The notes: generated by a model from the letters alone, not told the origin. A stretch of DNA of 64,000 nt from Macrostomum lignano (GCA_002269645.1 NIVC01000505.1:124001-188000), one strand, 5' to 3'. Positions 1 to 9,350 are shown, numbered from the stretch's first letter. A program made the numbers and translations.

Positions 1-120
1 TGACTCATTCAGTGACAGAAGAACTGACTCATTCAGTGACAGAAGAACTGACTTATTCAGTGACATACAAAGTGCTCATTCAGTTTTTTAACGTCAAAGC
101 TTTGAGGAAAGAACTTAATC

Positions 121-800
<680 letters not shown>

Positions 801-936
801 CTGCAAGCAAAATATTTGCATGCGGTGTAGGGAGGTTTTTAGTCCAGTTAAAATAACCAGGGCTCCAGTGGAATCACTGCTTGCCAGGTGCAGGGACTGT
901 CAAATTGATTCTTGACACTGTCAAAAGTTTCCTACG

Positions 937-1290
937 GCTAAAGCCCCTGGTGCTGAAGCTACTGGTGCTAAAGCCCCTGGTGCTAAAGCCCCTTGGTGCT
1001 AAAGCCACTGGTACTAAAGCCACTGGTGCTAAAGCCCCTTGGTGCTAAAGCCCCTTGGTGCTAAAGCCCCTGGTGCTAAAGCCCCTTGGTGCTAAAGCCC
1101 CTTGGTGCTAAAGCCCCTGGTGCTAAAGCCACTGGTGCTAAAGCCCCTTGGTGCTAAAGCCACTGGTGCTAAAGCCCCTTGGTGCTAAAGCCCCTGGTGC
1201 TAAAGCCCCTGGTGCTAAAGCCCCTTGGTGCTAAAGCCCCTGGTGCTAAATCCCCTGGTGCTAAAGCCCCTGGTGCTAAAGCCCCGTGCT
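937..1290. repeat. 15-16-bp minisatellite GGTGCTAAAGCCCCT(T)
   Basis: About 22 units in the last Caskin intron seen. Confidence 0.9.
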
Positions 1291-1407
1291 GACGACGTTC
1301 CTGATGCTAAAGCTCCCACGATGGTACCCCGAGGTGGCGCCACTTCAAAGACTCCTGCAGCCCCCCAGCAACCAAAAAAATCTTGGATAAGCCCTTGGCG
1401 CACTCAC

Positions 1408-1572
1408 CTGCACAAGAGGAGTCAGGCGTATGCTGGACGATAGCATCTGCAGTAGCTGTGCATGTTCCACTAGAGGCTGTGTGTCTGTGTTGGTGCTGTT
1501 GGTGCTGCTGCTGCTGCATACTTCTGGGTCGTTTCAACCGATCAATGGCTACCATAAGCTTCTTCTGATGGC
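1408..1572 (-). CDS. CASKIN: Caskin exon 11, end of SAM2 (GHQKKLMVAIDRLKR)
   Basis: 165 nt; completes KLG|HQKKLM across the retrotransposon-containing intron 1573-11815; acceptor TTTCAG, donor GTGAGT; phases 1/1. Confidence 0.9.
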
Positions 1573-1858
1573 CTGAAAAAAAATTGTTTTGTTGTTATTA
1601 ACTGAAATTAAAAGCAATCGTTACGGATGGGAACGGCGCTGACAGAAGCGTCTTACCCTGACACTAAACGGTTGGAGCTATAGAAAAGTAGACATGCACT
1701 GTCTGCAACCTACATGTAATTCGATCATGCAAACCTATGCTTATAACTATATCTGTAAACTAATCCAAGTCTAGCTAATTTTTACACAATGCTAACTAGA
1801 ATATGTAACAAAAAAATAGACACTAAAATCACCAGCTTTTAAATCTCATGTAGACACG

Positions 1859-2760
1859 TGTGTCACAGTGCTCCCTTGGTGCAAGTGCACTTTGATAGTT
1901 GTTGACTTTGGTAGTTGATTATTGTTACCCCCCCCCCCGGCTCAAGCCAGTCTGGAGCTATGAGCCCTTTGGCTGAGCCTCTGCTCTCTTTCTCTCTCTC
2001 TCTCGCCTTGGCTGTTTAGCCCTTTGGCTAGCCGTGCTGATTGGCTGGGCCTCTGCTCTCTCTCCCTCTCCCTGGCCGTGCGCGCTTCCACCCTCCCCTC
2101 GCCGCAGCCAATCAGCTGTCAATCAGCTCCATTGTTTAAGCCCTTTCTCCCCCCCCCTTGTTTGCGCCCCTGCCCCTTTTTACTCGTTATTTAAGGCGAC
2201 GCTCAGACCCCGCCCCTTTTCTCACCGTGCCTGCGCCCATTTGCGCCCACCGCGATAAATAAACGAACGTGACCAGCGATCAACCGTAAAGACGGTCTCT
2301 TACTGCGAAGACTCAATTTATTGCAATCGATCGGCCTTCCCGTGTATGAGTGCTATAATCGACCCGGCCCGGTAAGCTGTCGAGACAATTGCCTGTGTTC
2401 CTCGGGGTCGCTCTCCTGATCTCTCTCTCTCTCACTCTCTCCTCAGTCTGACTCACCAGGCTGTCGAGTGGCCGACCGCCCACAGCCCTCTCTCTTTTCC
2501 TTGATTCACCAGGCTGTCGAGTGGCCGACCGCCCGCAGCCCTCTCTCTCTTCCTTGACTCACCAGGCTGTCGAGTGGCCGCCCGCCCACAGCCGCCCCTC
2601 CCCTCTCTCTCGACTTCTCAACCTTGACCTCCCCCGAAGTGTCCGTACGCCTCGGGGTCGCCGATCGAGCTCGTAAGCCCTGGGCAGTCTAGTACCCGAA
2701 CCCCGACACCGCTACCCGTCGCCCAACCCGGCCGTGCCAGCGAGGAAGGGGGATACAACA
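1859..2760 (+). repeat. 5' LTR (902 bp; lacks the first 10 nt present in the 3' LTR)
   Basis: Matches 9454-10359 except four homopolymer length differences. Ends ...ACAACA; CCAAT-type boxes at ~2037-2115; AATAAA 2258-2263; three 53-bp repeats at ~2450-2610. Confidence 0.97.
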
Positions 2761-2761
2761 T

Positions 2762-2779
2762 TGGCGCCCGAACAGGGAC
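2762..2779 (+). promoter_or_regulatory. Primer-binding site complementary to tRNA-Lys(UUU)
   Basis: TGGCGCCCGAACAGGGAC, 1 nt after the 5' LTR; the same 18-mer as the tRNA-Lys3 PBS of HIV-1. Confidence 0.95.
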
Positions 2780-2803
2780 TGCTCAGTTTGCTTGTGAGCT
2801 GTC

Positions 2804-3784
2804 ATGGCGAATGTGGACGAACTGATTCGGCTGCTAGCCGAGCGTCTGCGAGCGGATGGACCAGCCCAGCCACCGAGACTCCCGAAGCCCGTGAAGTACA
2901 CGTCAAGCATGAATTTTCGACTCTGGCTGCGCTCTTTCAACGCTTATTGCGACTCCGCCGAGATTGACGAGGAGCATCGCCGCGAGCACTTGATGAGCAT
3001 GCTGGATCTCGCTACGGCGTACGCTGCGGTCGATAATCTGAACCTGCCGGGACCCGACGATCCTGTGGATCCGCTGGACTACGAGGGATTCACCGCCCGG
3101 TTGGAGGCTCGCTTCTCCCGGTACCGGACAGAGCAGGACAGCAAGGTCGAGCTAAAAACCCGAGATCAGAAGGATGGCGAGTCGTTGGAGGCCTACGCAG
3201 ATGCTCTCCTTGAACTGGTGCGCTGTGCCTACCCGGCGGCAACTGCCGAGCTGCAGGACGACCTCGCGAAGGATCGCTTCATGCAAGGGGTGAGACTCTC
3301 CGACCTCCAGCGAGAGAAGCTCTACCTGCAGCAGCCCGAAGGTCTGGTGGCAGCACAACGCGCGGTGAGGCAGCTCGAGGCGGCGTCCAAGGCGGCGAAG
3401 GGACCGAGATCGGCTGGAGCAACTGGCAGCGGCCACCGAGGAGTCTTCGTGGTGAGCGGCGCGGCGGAATCTGTGCCTCGGGAGGATGGAGCCTACTCCC
3501 AAGAAAAGGACAAAGAGCTCGAGGAGTTGAAGAAACTGGTGAGGCAGCTTCAAGGCAAAGTGGTTCAGCTCGAGTCGCTGAGAGCGGAACCGCATAGCAG
3601 CGCCGCAGCTCGACCGACCGACTCCGACGAAGGCGACCATCAGAAGCCTCGACGAACGGGAGGAATTCGCTGCTTCTTCTGCAACAAGCCAGGGCACATC
3701 GCGACTAACTGCCCAACCCGTCAGCAACAGGGAAACGGCAAGGGGAACTTCCGCAGGGGCGAGGGAGTTCCGCCGAGACAGTAG
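2804..3784 (+). CDS. gag: Gag (capsid + CCHC zinc knuckle)
   Basis: 326 aa, intact; MHR-like QKDGESLEAYADAL; CFFCNKPGHIATNC = C-X2-C-X4-H-X4-C. Confidence 0.95.
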   Translation: MANVDELIRLLAERLRADGPAQPPRLPKPVKYTSSMNFRLWLRSFNAYCDSAEIDEEHRREHLMSMLDLATAYAAVDNLNLPGPDDPVDPLDYEGFTARLEARFSRYRTEQDSKVELKTRDQKDGESLEAYADALLELVRCAYPAATAELQDDLAKDRFMQGVRLSDLQREKLYLQQPEGLVAAQRAVRQLEAASKAAKGPRSAGATGSGHRGVFVVSGAAESVPREDGAYSQEKDKELEELKKLVRQLQGKVVQLESLRAEPHSSAAARPTDSDEGDHQKPRRTGGIRCFFCNKPGHIATNCPTRQQQGNGKGNFRRGEGVPPRQ

Positions 3785-3791
3785 AGGCCCC
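3730..3791 (+). promoter_or_regulatory. -1 ribosomal frameshift signal (slippery G GGA AAC + stem-loop/pseudoknot)
   Basis: Heptamer 3730-3736 is in the gag frame and shifts into the pol frame (open from 3709). 7-nt spacer; stem 3744-3752/3763-3771 (9 bp, one GU); loop GGGGC 3756-3760 complementary to GCCCC 3787-3791. Confidence 0.8.
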
Positions 3792-3888
3792 AACCCGAGA
3801 CGAAGATGCAGCCCCGGAGCGACGTGCAGCAGGATGTCCGGCGGACTGCTCAAGAGATAGAGATCAACCTGCAACAGCTTTTAATCCC

Positions 3889-6800
3889 GTGTCAATCTAC
3901 GTGTCGGTAAAAATTGGCGAGATTGAGTTGCCGTGTCTGTTGGATTCGGGCTCGGTCATGTCGCTGGTGAACGAGAGGACCTGGCGGCAGTTGAGCAAGT
4001 CGGTTCGAGTTGAACTCAGCCCTTCGGAAACCCACCTGATCTCAGCGAACGGAACTCCCATGAATGTGTTAGGATGCGCGTCGCTTCCCCTACAGTTCGG
4101 ATCAGAAACTTTACAGACGCCAATTGCGGTGGTCCAAGGGGTCGGCTACGAACTGTTGCTAGGCACCGACTTCTTACGCCGCCACCGGTGCCAAATCGAT
4201 TTCGCCGGAGGAGTTTTCCGCGTGAACGGTTCACGTGTGCCAATCCGAGAGACCAAGCACAAACCAGTCGTCTGCCGGTTGTACCTGAACGAAAACTTGA
4301 TCATTCCGGCCAATCACGAACGGACCGTCTCAGCCAGGATTCGTAGAACAGCGACACAGAATTCCGGAGTGCTCGGCGTCGCCGAGCCAGACGAAAAACT
4401 GAAGAGCGATGAGAGACCAATGCTAGCCAGGAGCGTCTGCCTCATCCAGCAGGGCAACACCCTACCAGTTCACTTCGCGAATGTCACGGACTCCGAGCTG
4501 CGGCTGCGGAAGGGAGCTGTCATCGGCTGGTTTCGACCATCAGATCCGGCTCAAGAGGTTCTGGTAGCCAGCATCGAAGAGCAAGCGTCGGTTTTACGAC
4601 CCAGCTGCGATCCATGGGACCCAGAGGCGGCACTGAACCAGCACGGCTCCAAGCAGCTCACGGGGGCAGACAAAGCGAGCTTCCTAAGATTGGTGAATCG
4701 ATACGCAGATGTTTTCGCAGAGAGTACAGCGCGCCTCGGGACGACGGACATCGTGCAGCATGAAATTGAGACCACCGGAACAGCCGTAAAACAGCCTCCG
4801 CGACGGCTACCGCCACATTGGCGCGGCGAAGTCGACCGACAAATCGACGAGCTTTTGGCAACGAAGATGATTGAACCGACCCAATCGCCGTGGAGTTCGC
4901 CAGTGGTCTGTGTCCGTAAGAAGAATGGGGAACTGCGACTGTGTGTCGACTACAGAGAGTTGAATCAACGAACTGTCAAGGACGCCATAGCAATCCCGCG
5001 TGTCGATGACGCACTTGAAGCGCTCGGAGGTGCGGCTGTATTTTCGACGCTCGACCTGTGCTCCGGCTATTGGCAAGTTAAGGTCAAAAGGGAGGATCAA
5101 GAAAAGACTGCTTTTGTCATTCCGCATCGGGGGCAATTCGCGTTCAAGGTGCTGCCCTTCGGATTGACCAATGCGCCGGCGACATTCACAAGGTTGATGA
5201 ATATGGTACTACACGACCTTCTGTGGAAAATGGCGCTCGTCTACATCGACGATATCATCATTTGGTCCCGAACTGTCAGCGAGCATCTAACGAATCTCGA
5301 GGCGGTATTCCAGCGCCTGCGCGCAGCCAACTTGAGGCTAAAGCCATCTAAGTGCAGATTCCTGGCCGATGAGGTCAAATTCCTTGGCCACGTCGTGTCA
5401 AAGGACGGAATCGATGTCGACCCGGAGAAGATCAAGGAAGTCCGTGACTGGAGCATTCCAAGAAATGCAAAAGACCTTCAGTCGTTCCTGGGTCTGGCTG
5501 GTTACTACCGAAACTTCATACCAGAATTCTCGATAGTCGCTGCACCACTTTTTGATCTGACAAAGAAAGACAAGCCGTTCAGTTGGAGAGAGGAACACGA
5601 TGAGGCCTTCAAAAAGCTGAAAGAAGAATTGACCGGTTGCCGCGTGATGGCCTACCCGAACTTCGACCCCACGGCTGGTGAGTTCATCTTGGATACCGAT
5701 GGAAGTACCCGACAGGGTCTCGGAGCAGTCTTGTCGCAGGTACAAGAAGACGGGTCAGAGCGGGTTATTGCGTACGGGAGTCGGCGTCTGCAAGGGGCCG
5801 AATTCAACTATTGCACGACACGAATCGAGCTCCTGGCGCTGGTGACATTCGCAGAGAGGTTCCGGTACTATCTACTTGGCCGGAGGTTCCGGGTGCGCAC
5901 CGACCACGCAAGTCTGCAGTGGCTCCGAAGTATGAGGCAGCCGGAAGGCCAGTTGGCTCGGTGGATGGAGAGGTTGGCGCCATTCGACTTCGCAGTGGAG
6001 CATCGGCCAGGGGCGCGTCATCAGAATGCGGACGCGCTGTCACGCAAGCCGCCGCGACGACATCCCGAAATGGATAACTGCCCGTCGTGCCGGACTGATG
6101 ACCTCCCCGGGGTCAGGGTAACGACGCTGCTCGGGTTGCTCAGCCGAGATGAGCTGGCAGCAGCACAAGCTGTGGACAACGACATCGCTCCAGTTTACCA
6201 GTCGATGCACGCCGGCCGAGCAAACGAAGAGCCACCTCGGGGTGCGTCACCAACGACCCGAGCCATCTGGGCACAAAAGCCTCGGCTGGAAATTGTGGAC
6301 AACACCCTCGTCATCAAGGATCTGGGACGTCACCCACCGCGGGCTGTTCTCCCGAAGAAATTGATCCCCGACGCTCTGCAGACGCTGCACTCTGGACCAG
6401 GAGGTGGACACTTCGGCGTAGCAAAGACTCTGGAGAAAGTCAGGAACCGATTCTGGAGACCCGGCTTGAAGCGAGAGGTCGAGGAGTTTGTGCGAAGGTG
6501 TGACGACTGTAACCGGAGCAAGCCCGGGATGCGGCGGAAGGCCCCATTGGAGCCGATTCCCAGCAGCCATGTGTTTGAAAGAGTGATGGTGGATTTGATT
6601 GGACCACTGCCAACCAGCGTCCGAGGCAACAAATACATACTGACGATGCAGGACGCGTTCAGTAAGTGGCCAGTGGCAGTACCGGTGCCAGATCAGACGG
6701 CCAGCACCTGTGCAAGGGCAATGCTCGAGGAGTGGGTCTGTCACTACGGAGCCCCAGGAACAATCCACTCGGATCAGGGAGCCAATTTCGAGTCGCAATT

Positions 6801-7707
6801 GATCGGCCAGCTGTGCGAAAGTCTGAATATCCGAAAGACGCGTACGACCGCCTATCACCCCTCTGGAAACGGCCAAGTGGAAAGCTTCAATAAGACGCTG
6901 ACTGCAGTGATCCGGGCGCACCTGGTGAAGGAGCCGGATCAGAGGCGGTGGGACGAATTCGTTGCCCCGGCGCTCATGGCGTATCGCTCCAGTGTGCACC
7001 GCGGCACCGGCTACTCACCCTTCTTCCTTCTGCATGGTCGCGAGATGTCTCTGCCAGTTGACTTGGGAGTGGCGCGCCCACTGGACATCGAACCGTACTG
7101 CGAGGAAGTCCAGAACCTGCGGGAGACGCTCGTGGAAGCCCATCGGGTGGTGCGTGAGAGAATAACGTCATATCAACGAGTGCAGAAAGACTGGTACGAC
7201 CGGAAGGTGAAGGGTCGAGAATTCGTGGCTGGCGACGAGGTGTTCGTCTACAACCCCGTGTTGAAGGCCGGTGCCAAAGCGAAGCTCCACTCACCCTGGA
7301 CCGGACCTGCCGTAGTTCTCGAGAAGCTGTCGGAGACGCGCTATAGGATTCGACAGGAAGGTCGACGGAAGCCGATCAAGGTGGTGCACTTTAACAACCT
7401 CCTGCCTCGGTACCGGAAGTACCCGGTCGACGGCACCGGTGGCCCTCGGCGTCCTGCACCAAGGAGGTACCACCCAGGTCCTGCTCAAGAGACGGAATCC
7501 GTCAGGGAGGACTCGCAGGAATCGGACGATGAGGATGAGGAGCGATGGTGGCGACATTCCGGGCGGGTTCGAGAGGAGGGAGAACCAATGGATGTGCAGC
7601 AGCCAGGAGTGCAGCCGCAGCCGGAAGCGCCAGTTGAAGTCATCGAAGGTCGACCCCAGAGGGATCGAAGGGTTCCGCAGCGTTATGGAACGCCCGTTTA
7701 TTATTAA
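3889..7707 (+). CDS. pol: Pol polyprotein PR-RT-RNaseH-IN (reading frame open from 3709; made as Gag-Pol by -1 frameshift)
   Basis: PR LLDSGS; RT LVYIDD; RNase H FILDTDGS..GLGAVL; IN HHCC (H..H..CDDC), D (MVDLIGP), D (HSDQG), E (GQVESFN), GPY/F-like WTGPAVV; no stops or frameshifts. Confidence 0.97.
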   Translation: MSIYVSVKIGEIELPCLLDSGSVMSLVNERTWRQLSKSVRVELSPSETHLISANGTPMNVLGCASLPLQFGSETLQTPIAVVQGVGYELLLGTDFLRRHRCQIDFAGGVFRVNGSRVPIRETKHKPVVCRLYLNENLIIPANHERTVSARIRRTATQNSGVLGVAEPDEKLKSDERPMLARSVCLIQQGNTLPVHFANVTDSELRLRKGAVIGWFRPSDPAQEVLVASIEEQASVLRPSCDPWDPEAALNQHGSKQLTGADKASFLRLVNRYADVFAESTARLGTTDIVQHEIETTGTAVKQPPRRLPPHWRGEVDRQIDELLATKMIEPTQSPWSSPVVCVRKKNGELRLCVDYRELNQRTVKDAIAIPRVDDALEALGGAAVFSTLDLCSGYWQVKVKREDQEKTAFVIPHRGQFAFKVLPFGLTNAPATFTRLMNMVLHDLLWKMALVYIDDIIIWSRTVSEHLTNLEAVFQRLRAANLRLKPSKCRFLADEVKFLGHVVSKDGIDVDPEKIKEVRDWSIPRNAKDLQSFLGLAGYYRNFIPEFSIVAAPLFDLTKKDKPFSWREEHDEAFKKLKEELTGCRVMAYPNFDPTAGEFILDTDGSTRQGLGAVLSQVQEDGSERVIAYGSRRLQGAEFNYCTTRIELLALVTFAERFRYYLLGRRFRVRTDHASLQWLRSMRQPEGQLARWMERLAPFDFAVEHRPGARHQNADALSRKPPRRHPEMDNCPSCRTDDLPGVRVTTLLGLLSRDELAAAQAVDNDIAPVYQSMHAGRANEEPPRGASPTTRAIWAQKPRLEIVDNTLVIKDLGRHPPRAVLPKKLIPDALQTLHSGPGGGHFGVAKTLEKVRNRFWRPGLKREVEEFVRRCDDCNRSKPGMRRKAPLEPIPSSHVFERVMVDLIGPLPTSVRGNKYILTMQDAFSKWPVAVPVPDQTASTCARAMLEEWVCHYGAPGTIHSDQGANFESQLIGQLCESLNIRKTRTTAYHPSGNGQVESFNKTLTAVIRAHLVKEPDQRRWDEFVAPALMAYRSSVHRGTGYSPFFLLHGREMSLPVDLGVARPLDIEPYCEEVQNLRETLVEAHRVVRERITSYQRVQKDWYDRKVKGREFVAGDEVFVYNPVLKAGAKAKLHSPWTGPAVVLEKLSETRYRIRQEGRRKPIKVVHFNNLLPRYRKYPVDGTGGPRRPAPRRYHPGPAQETESVREDSQESDDEDEERWWRHSGRVREEGEPMDVQQPGVQPQPEAPVEVIEGRPQRDRRVPQRYGTPVYY

Positions 7708-7728
7708 GAGCGGACGTGAGTGCGTGCG

Positions 7729-7960
7729 CATCCGCGTCATCACCTGCGTCATCAACATTTGGTTCGAAGCATCATCCGCGTCATCACCTGCGTCATCAAC
7801 ATTTGGTTCGAAGCATCATCCGCGTCATCACCTGCGTCATCAACATTTGGTTCGAAGCATCGTCTGCGTCATCACCCGCGTTATTGAAAACTGGGCTCGT
7901 GTTATTGCCTCTGCTTCACAAACAAAAATATATATTTCCCCTCTTAAGGCCCGTCAGTGG
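7729..7960 (+). promoter_or_regulatory. Candidate internal promoter: 3.5 x 44-bp repeats rich in CGTCA (CRE half-site), TATA-like 7929, Inr-like TCAGT 7954-7958
   Basis: Repeat units start at 7729, 7773, 7817 and 7861 (partial); TATATAT at 7929-7935 lies 27 nt before the A of TCAGT. Function is inferred. Confidence 0.45.
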
Positions 7961-8082
7961 AGGTCCCACCTGCCCAACCCTGCCATCAGGGATGAAGGAT
8001 CGGCGCCCCAAAGAGGCTCGAAGGAACCATTGCCCTGCTCTCAAAAGTGAGTCGTGGTTGTTGCAGGCACTGCTTTCCGGGC

Positions 8083-8493
8083 ATGGACCTCTACGCCGAG
8101 TTTGGTGTCAGCCCCTTCGCGACGGAGGAGGAGCTGCGACGTGCGTACCGCCGTGAGAGCCTGCGACGGCACCCCGACAAGTGTGGACCCGGCGGAACGG
8201 AGAATTTCCAGAGGCTGCAGCATGCGAGTGCGGTCCTGCTGTGTCCGTTTCGACGAGCGCTGTACGACCGGTTCGGGCAGGATGCCGTTAGCAACCCGCT
8301 CGAGTGCGCCCGGTATTTTGTCCCGCCGGATGGGATGTGCGTCCCGGAGGAGTTTGTCGTAACGATTGAAGACGAAACAGAAGAGTCAGACGAGGACAGG
8401 GAGTCGGAGGAAGCGAGCGTGGTGGTTGCGGCGGCGAGGAGACTGCTCAGAGCTGCTGTGAAATCACGCAGTCAGAGGAAGAAGAGCTCTTGA
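8083..8493 (+). CDS. J-domain (DnaJ/Hsp40 class C-like) protein encoded inside the retrotransposon, 136 aa
   Basis: MDLYAEFGVSPFATEEELRRAYRRESLRRHPDK...NFQRLQHASAVL..RRALYDRFG covers all four J-domain helices with an intact HPD (8170-8178), then an acidic tract and a basic tail. The ORF track starts at the upstream GTG 8047. Confidence 0.9.
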   Translation: MDLYAEFGVSPFATEEELRRAYRRESLRRHPDKCGPGGTENFQRLQHASAVLLCPFRRALYDRFGQDAVSNPLECARYFVPPDGMCVPEEFVVTIEDETEESDEDRESEEASVVVAAARRLLRAAVKSRSQRKKSS

Positions 8494-8516
8494 ATGAATC
8501 CGACGGCGAAACTTCG

Positions 8517-8963
8517 ATGTCAGAAGACGAACCGGAGCTCGTCATCGACCAACGGGAGTCGCCAGCGTGGCTGATGAGGAGCGAGCCGAGTACCGAGGTG
8601 GAATACACCTGGAGCGGGGAGGCAACGCAGCGAAGAGCTCGAATCCGGTCGGAGCTTCGGCACGCTTTGTTGTCGGGGAGTCCAGCTGCGATGTTCCGGC
8701 TTTTGACTGAAATGGTGGGACTGTGCGGCAGCGAGCGGCTGGATCATCGACGCGAAATCGCCGAGCTTTTGGCTCAGACTGTCAAGTTCATTCTCCGTGA
8801 CATCAGCGCCAAGTGTCGGGGTCATGCTCGGCGTGTCTGGCGGCGGCCTGCCTTCAAGCGAAGCACTCGGTTCGTCATGAGTGTTGCGATCCCTCAGTTT
8901 GAACTAATCGACGGAGGACGCGTGTTGGGGTTGTTGCGCCGGGCGGCGGAGGTGGCGGTCTAG
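8517..8963 (+). CDS. Orphan accessory ORF of the retrotransposon, 148 aa (frame open from 8370)
   Basis: First ATG at 8517, 24 nt after the J-ORF stop; acidic N-terminus, helical-looking core, Arg-rich C-terminal part; no motif recognised. Confidence 0.6.
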   Translation: MSEDEPELVIDQRESPAWLMRSEPSTEVEYTWSGEATQRRARIRSELRHALLSGSPAAMFRLLTEMVGLCGSERLDHRREIAELLAQTVKFILRDISAKCRGHARRVWRRPAFKRSTRFVMSVAIPQFELIDGGRVLGLLRRAAEVAV

Positions 8964-9099
8964 GGGGTTCTGGGGCAGGATGCCAGGGCGGGCAAGAGAC
9001 CTTCACTCCTTCATTTCATCCCATCTCTCCTCTGATCGTCGTTGTGATCCCTCTGTTTGGCACTGGGAGCGGCCCCGAAGGAAGGGCGGGGAACACTCT

Positions 9100-9350
9100 C
9101 GGCCATGCCCGGCGCTCTCGGTCGTTGCCCGGCATTCTCGGCCGCTGCCCGGCATTCTCGGCCGCTGTCCGGCATTCTCGGCCATGCCCGGCGTTTTCGG
9201 CCACAGTCCGGCATTCTCGGCCGTGCCCGGTGTTCTCGGCCATGCCCGGCGTTTTCGGCCACAGTCCGGCATTCTCGGCCGTGCCCGGTGTTCTCGGCCT
9301 GTCCGACATCCTCGGCCCCTGTCCTGCGCTCTCGGCCGCTGCCTGACACT
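9100..9350. repeat. GC-rich 19-20-bp tandem repeat (GCCCGGCATTCTCGGCCGCT-like) in the element's 3' untranslated region
   Basis: About 12 degenerate units with a duplicated ~58-bp higher-order block, between ORF2 and the PPT. Confidence 0.85.

Noticed and set aside
858-1397. hAT-type MITE with CAGGGCT...AGCCCT ends around the 15-bp minisatellite
   Set aside because: The terminal match is only about 6 bp and no 8-bp TSD is present.
1849-1858. 5' LTR starting at TG 1849 (TGTAGACACG replacing TGTTGTGACC)
   Set aside because: It leaves no target duplication, whereas TAGACACG is exactly repeated at 10360-10367, so these bases are better explained as target DNA.
3152-6999. Antisense ORFs within gag/pol (3152-3874, 6247-6999 and others)
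   Set aside because: Expected shadows of GC-rich sense ORFs; no recognisable motifs.
7439-8156. ORFs 7439-8050 and 7716-8156 as extra genes
   Set aside because: They overlap the pol tail and the 44-bp repeats and translate to repetitive sequence. Only the short ATG 7992 leader is kept, as a possible spliced exon.
8517-8963. env gene in the canonical env position
   Set aside because: No signal peptide, furin site plus fusion peptide, or transmembrane segment; too short.
8083-8963. Polyomavirus T-antigen homology (J-domain + Rb-binding LxCxE)
   Set aside because: No LxCxE motif found in either ORF and no origin-binding or helicase region; only the J-domain is shared.
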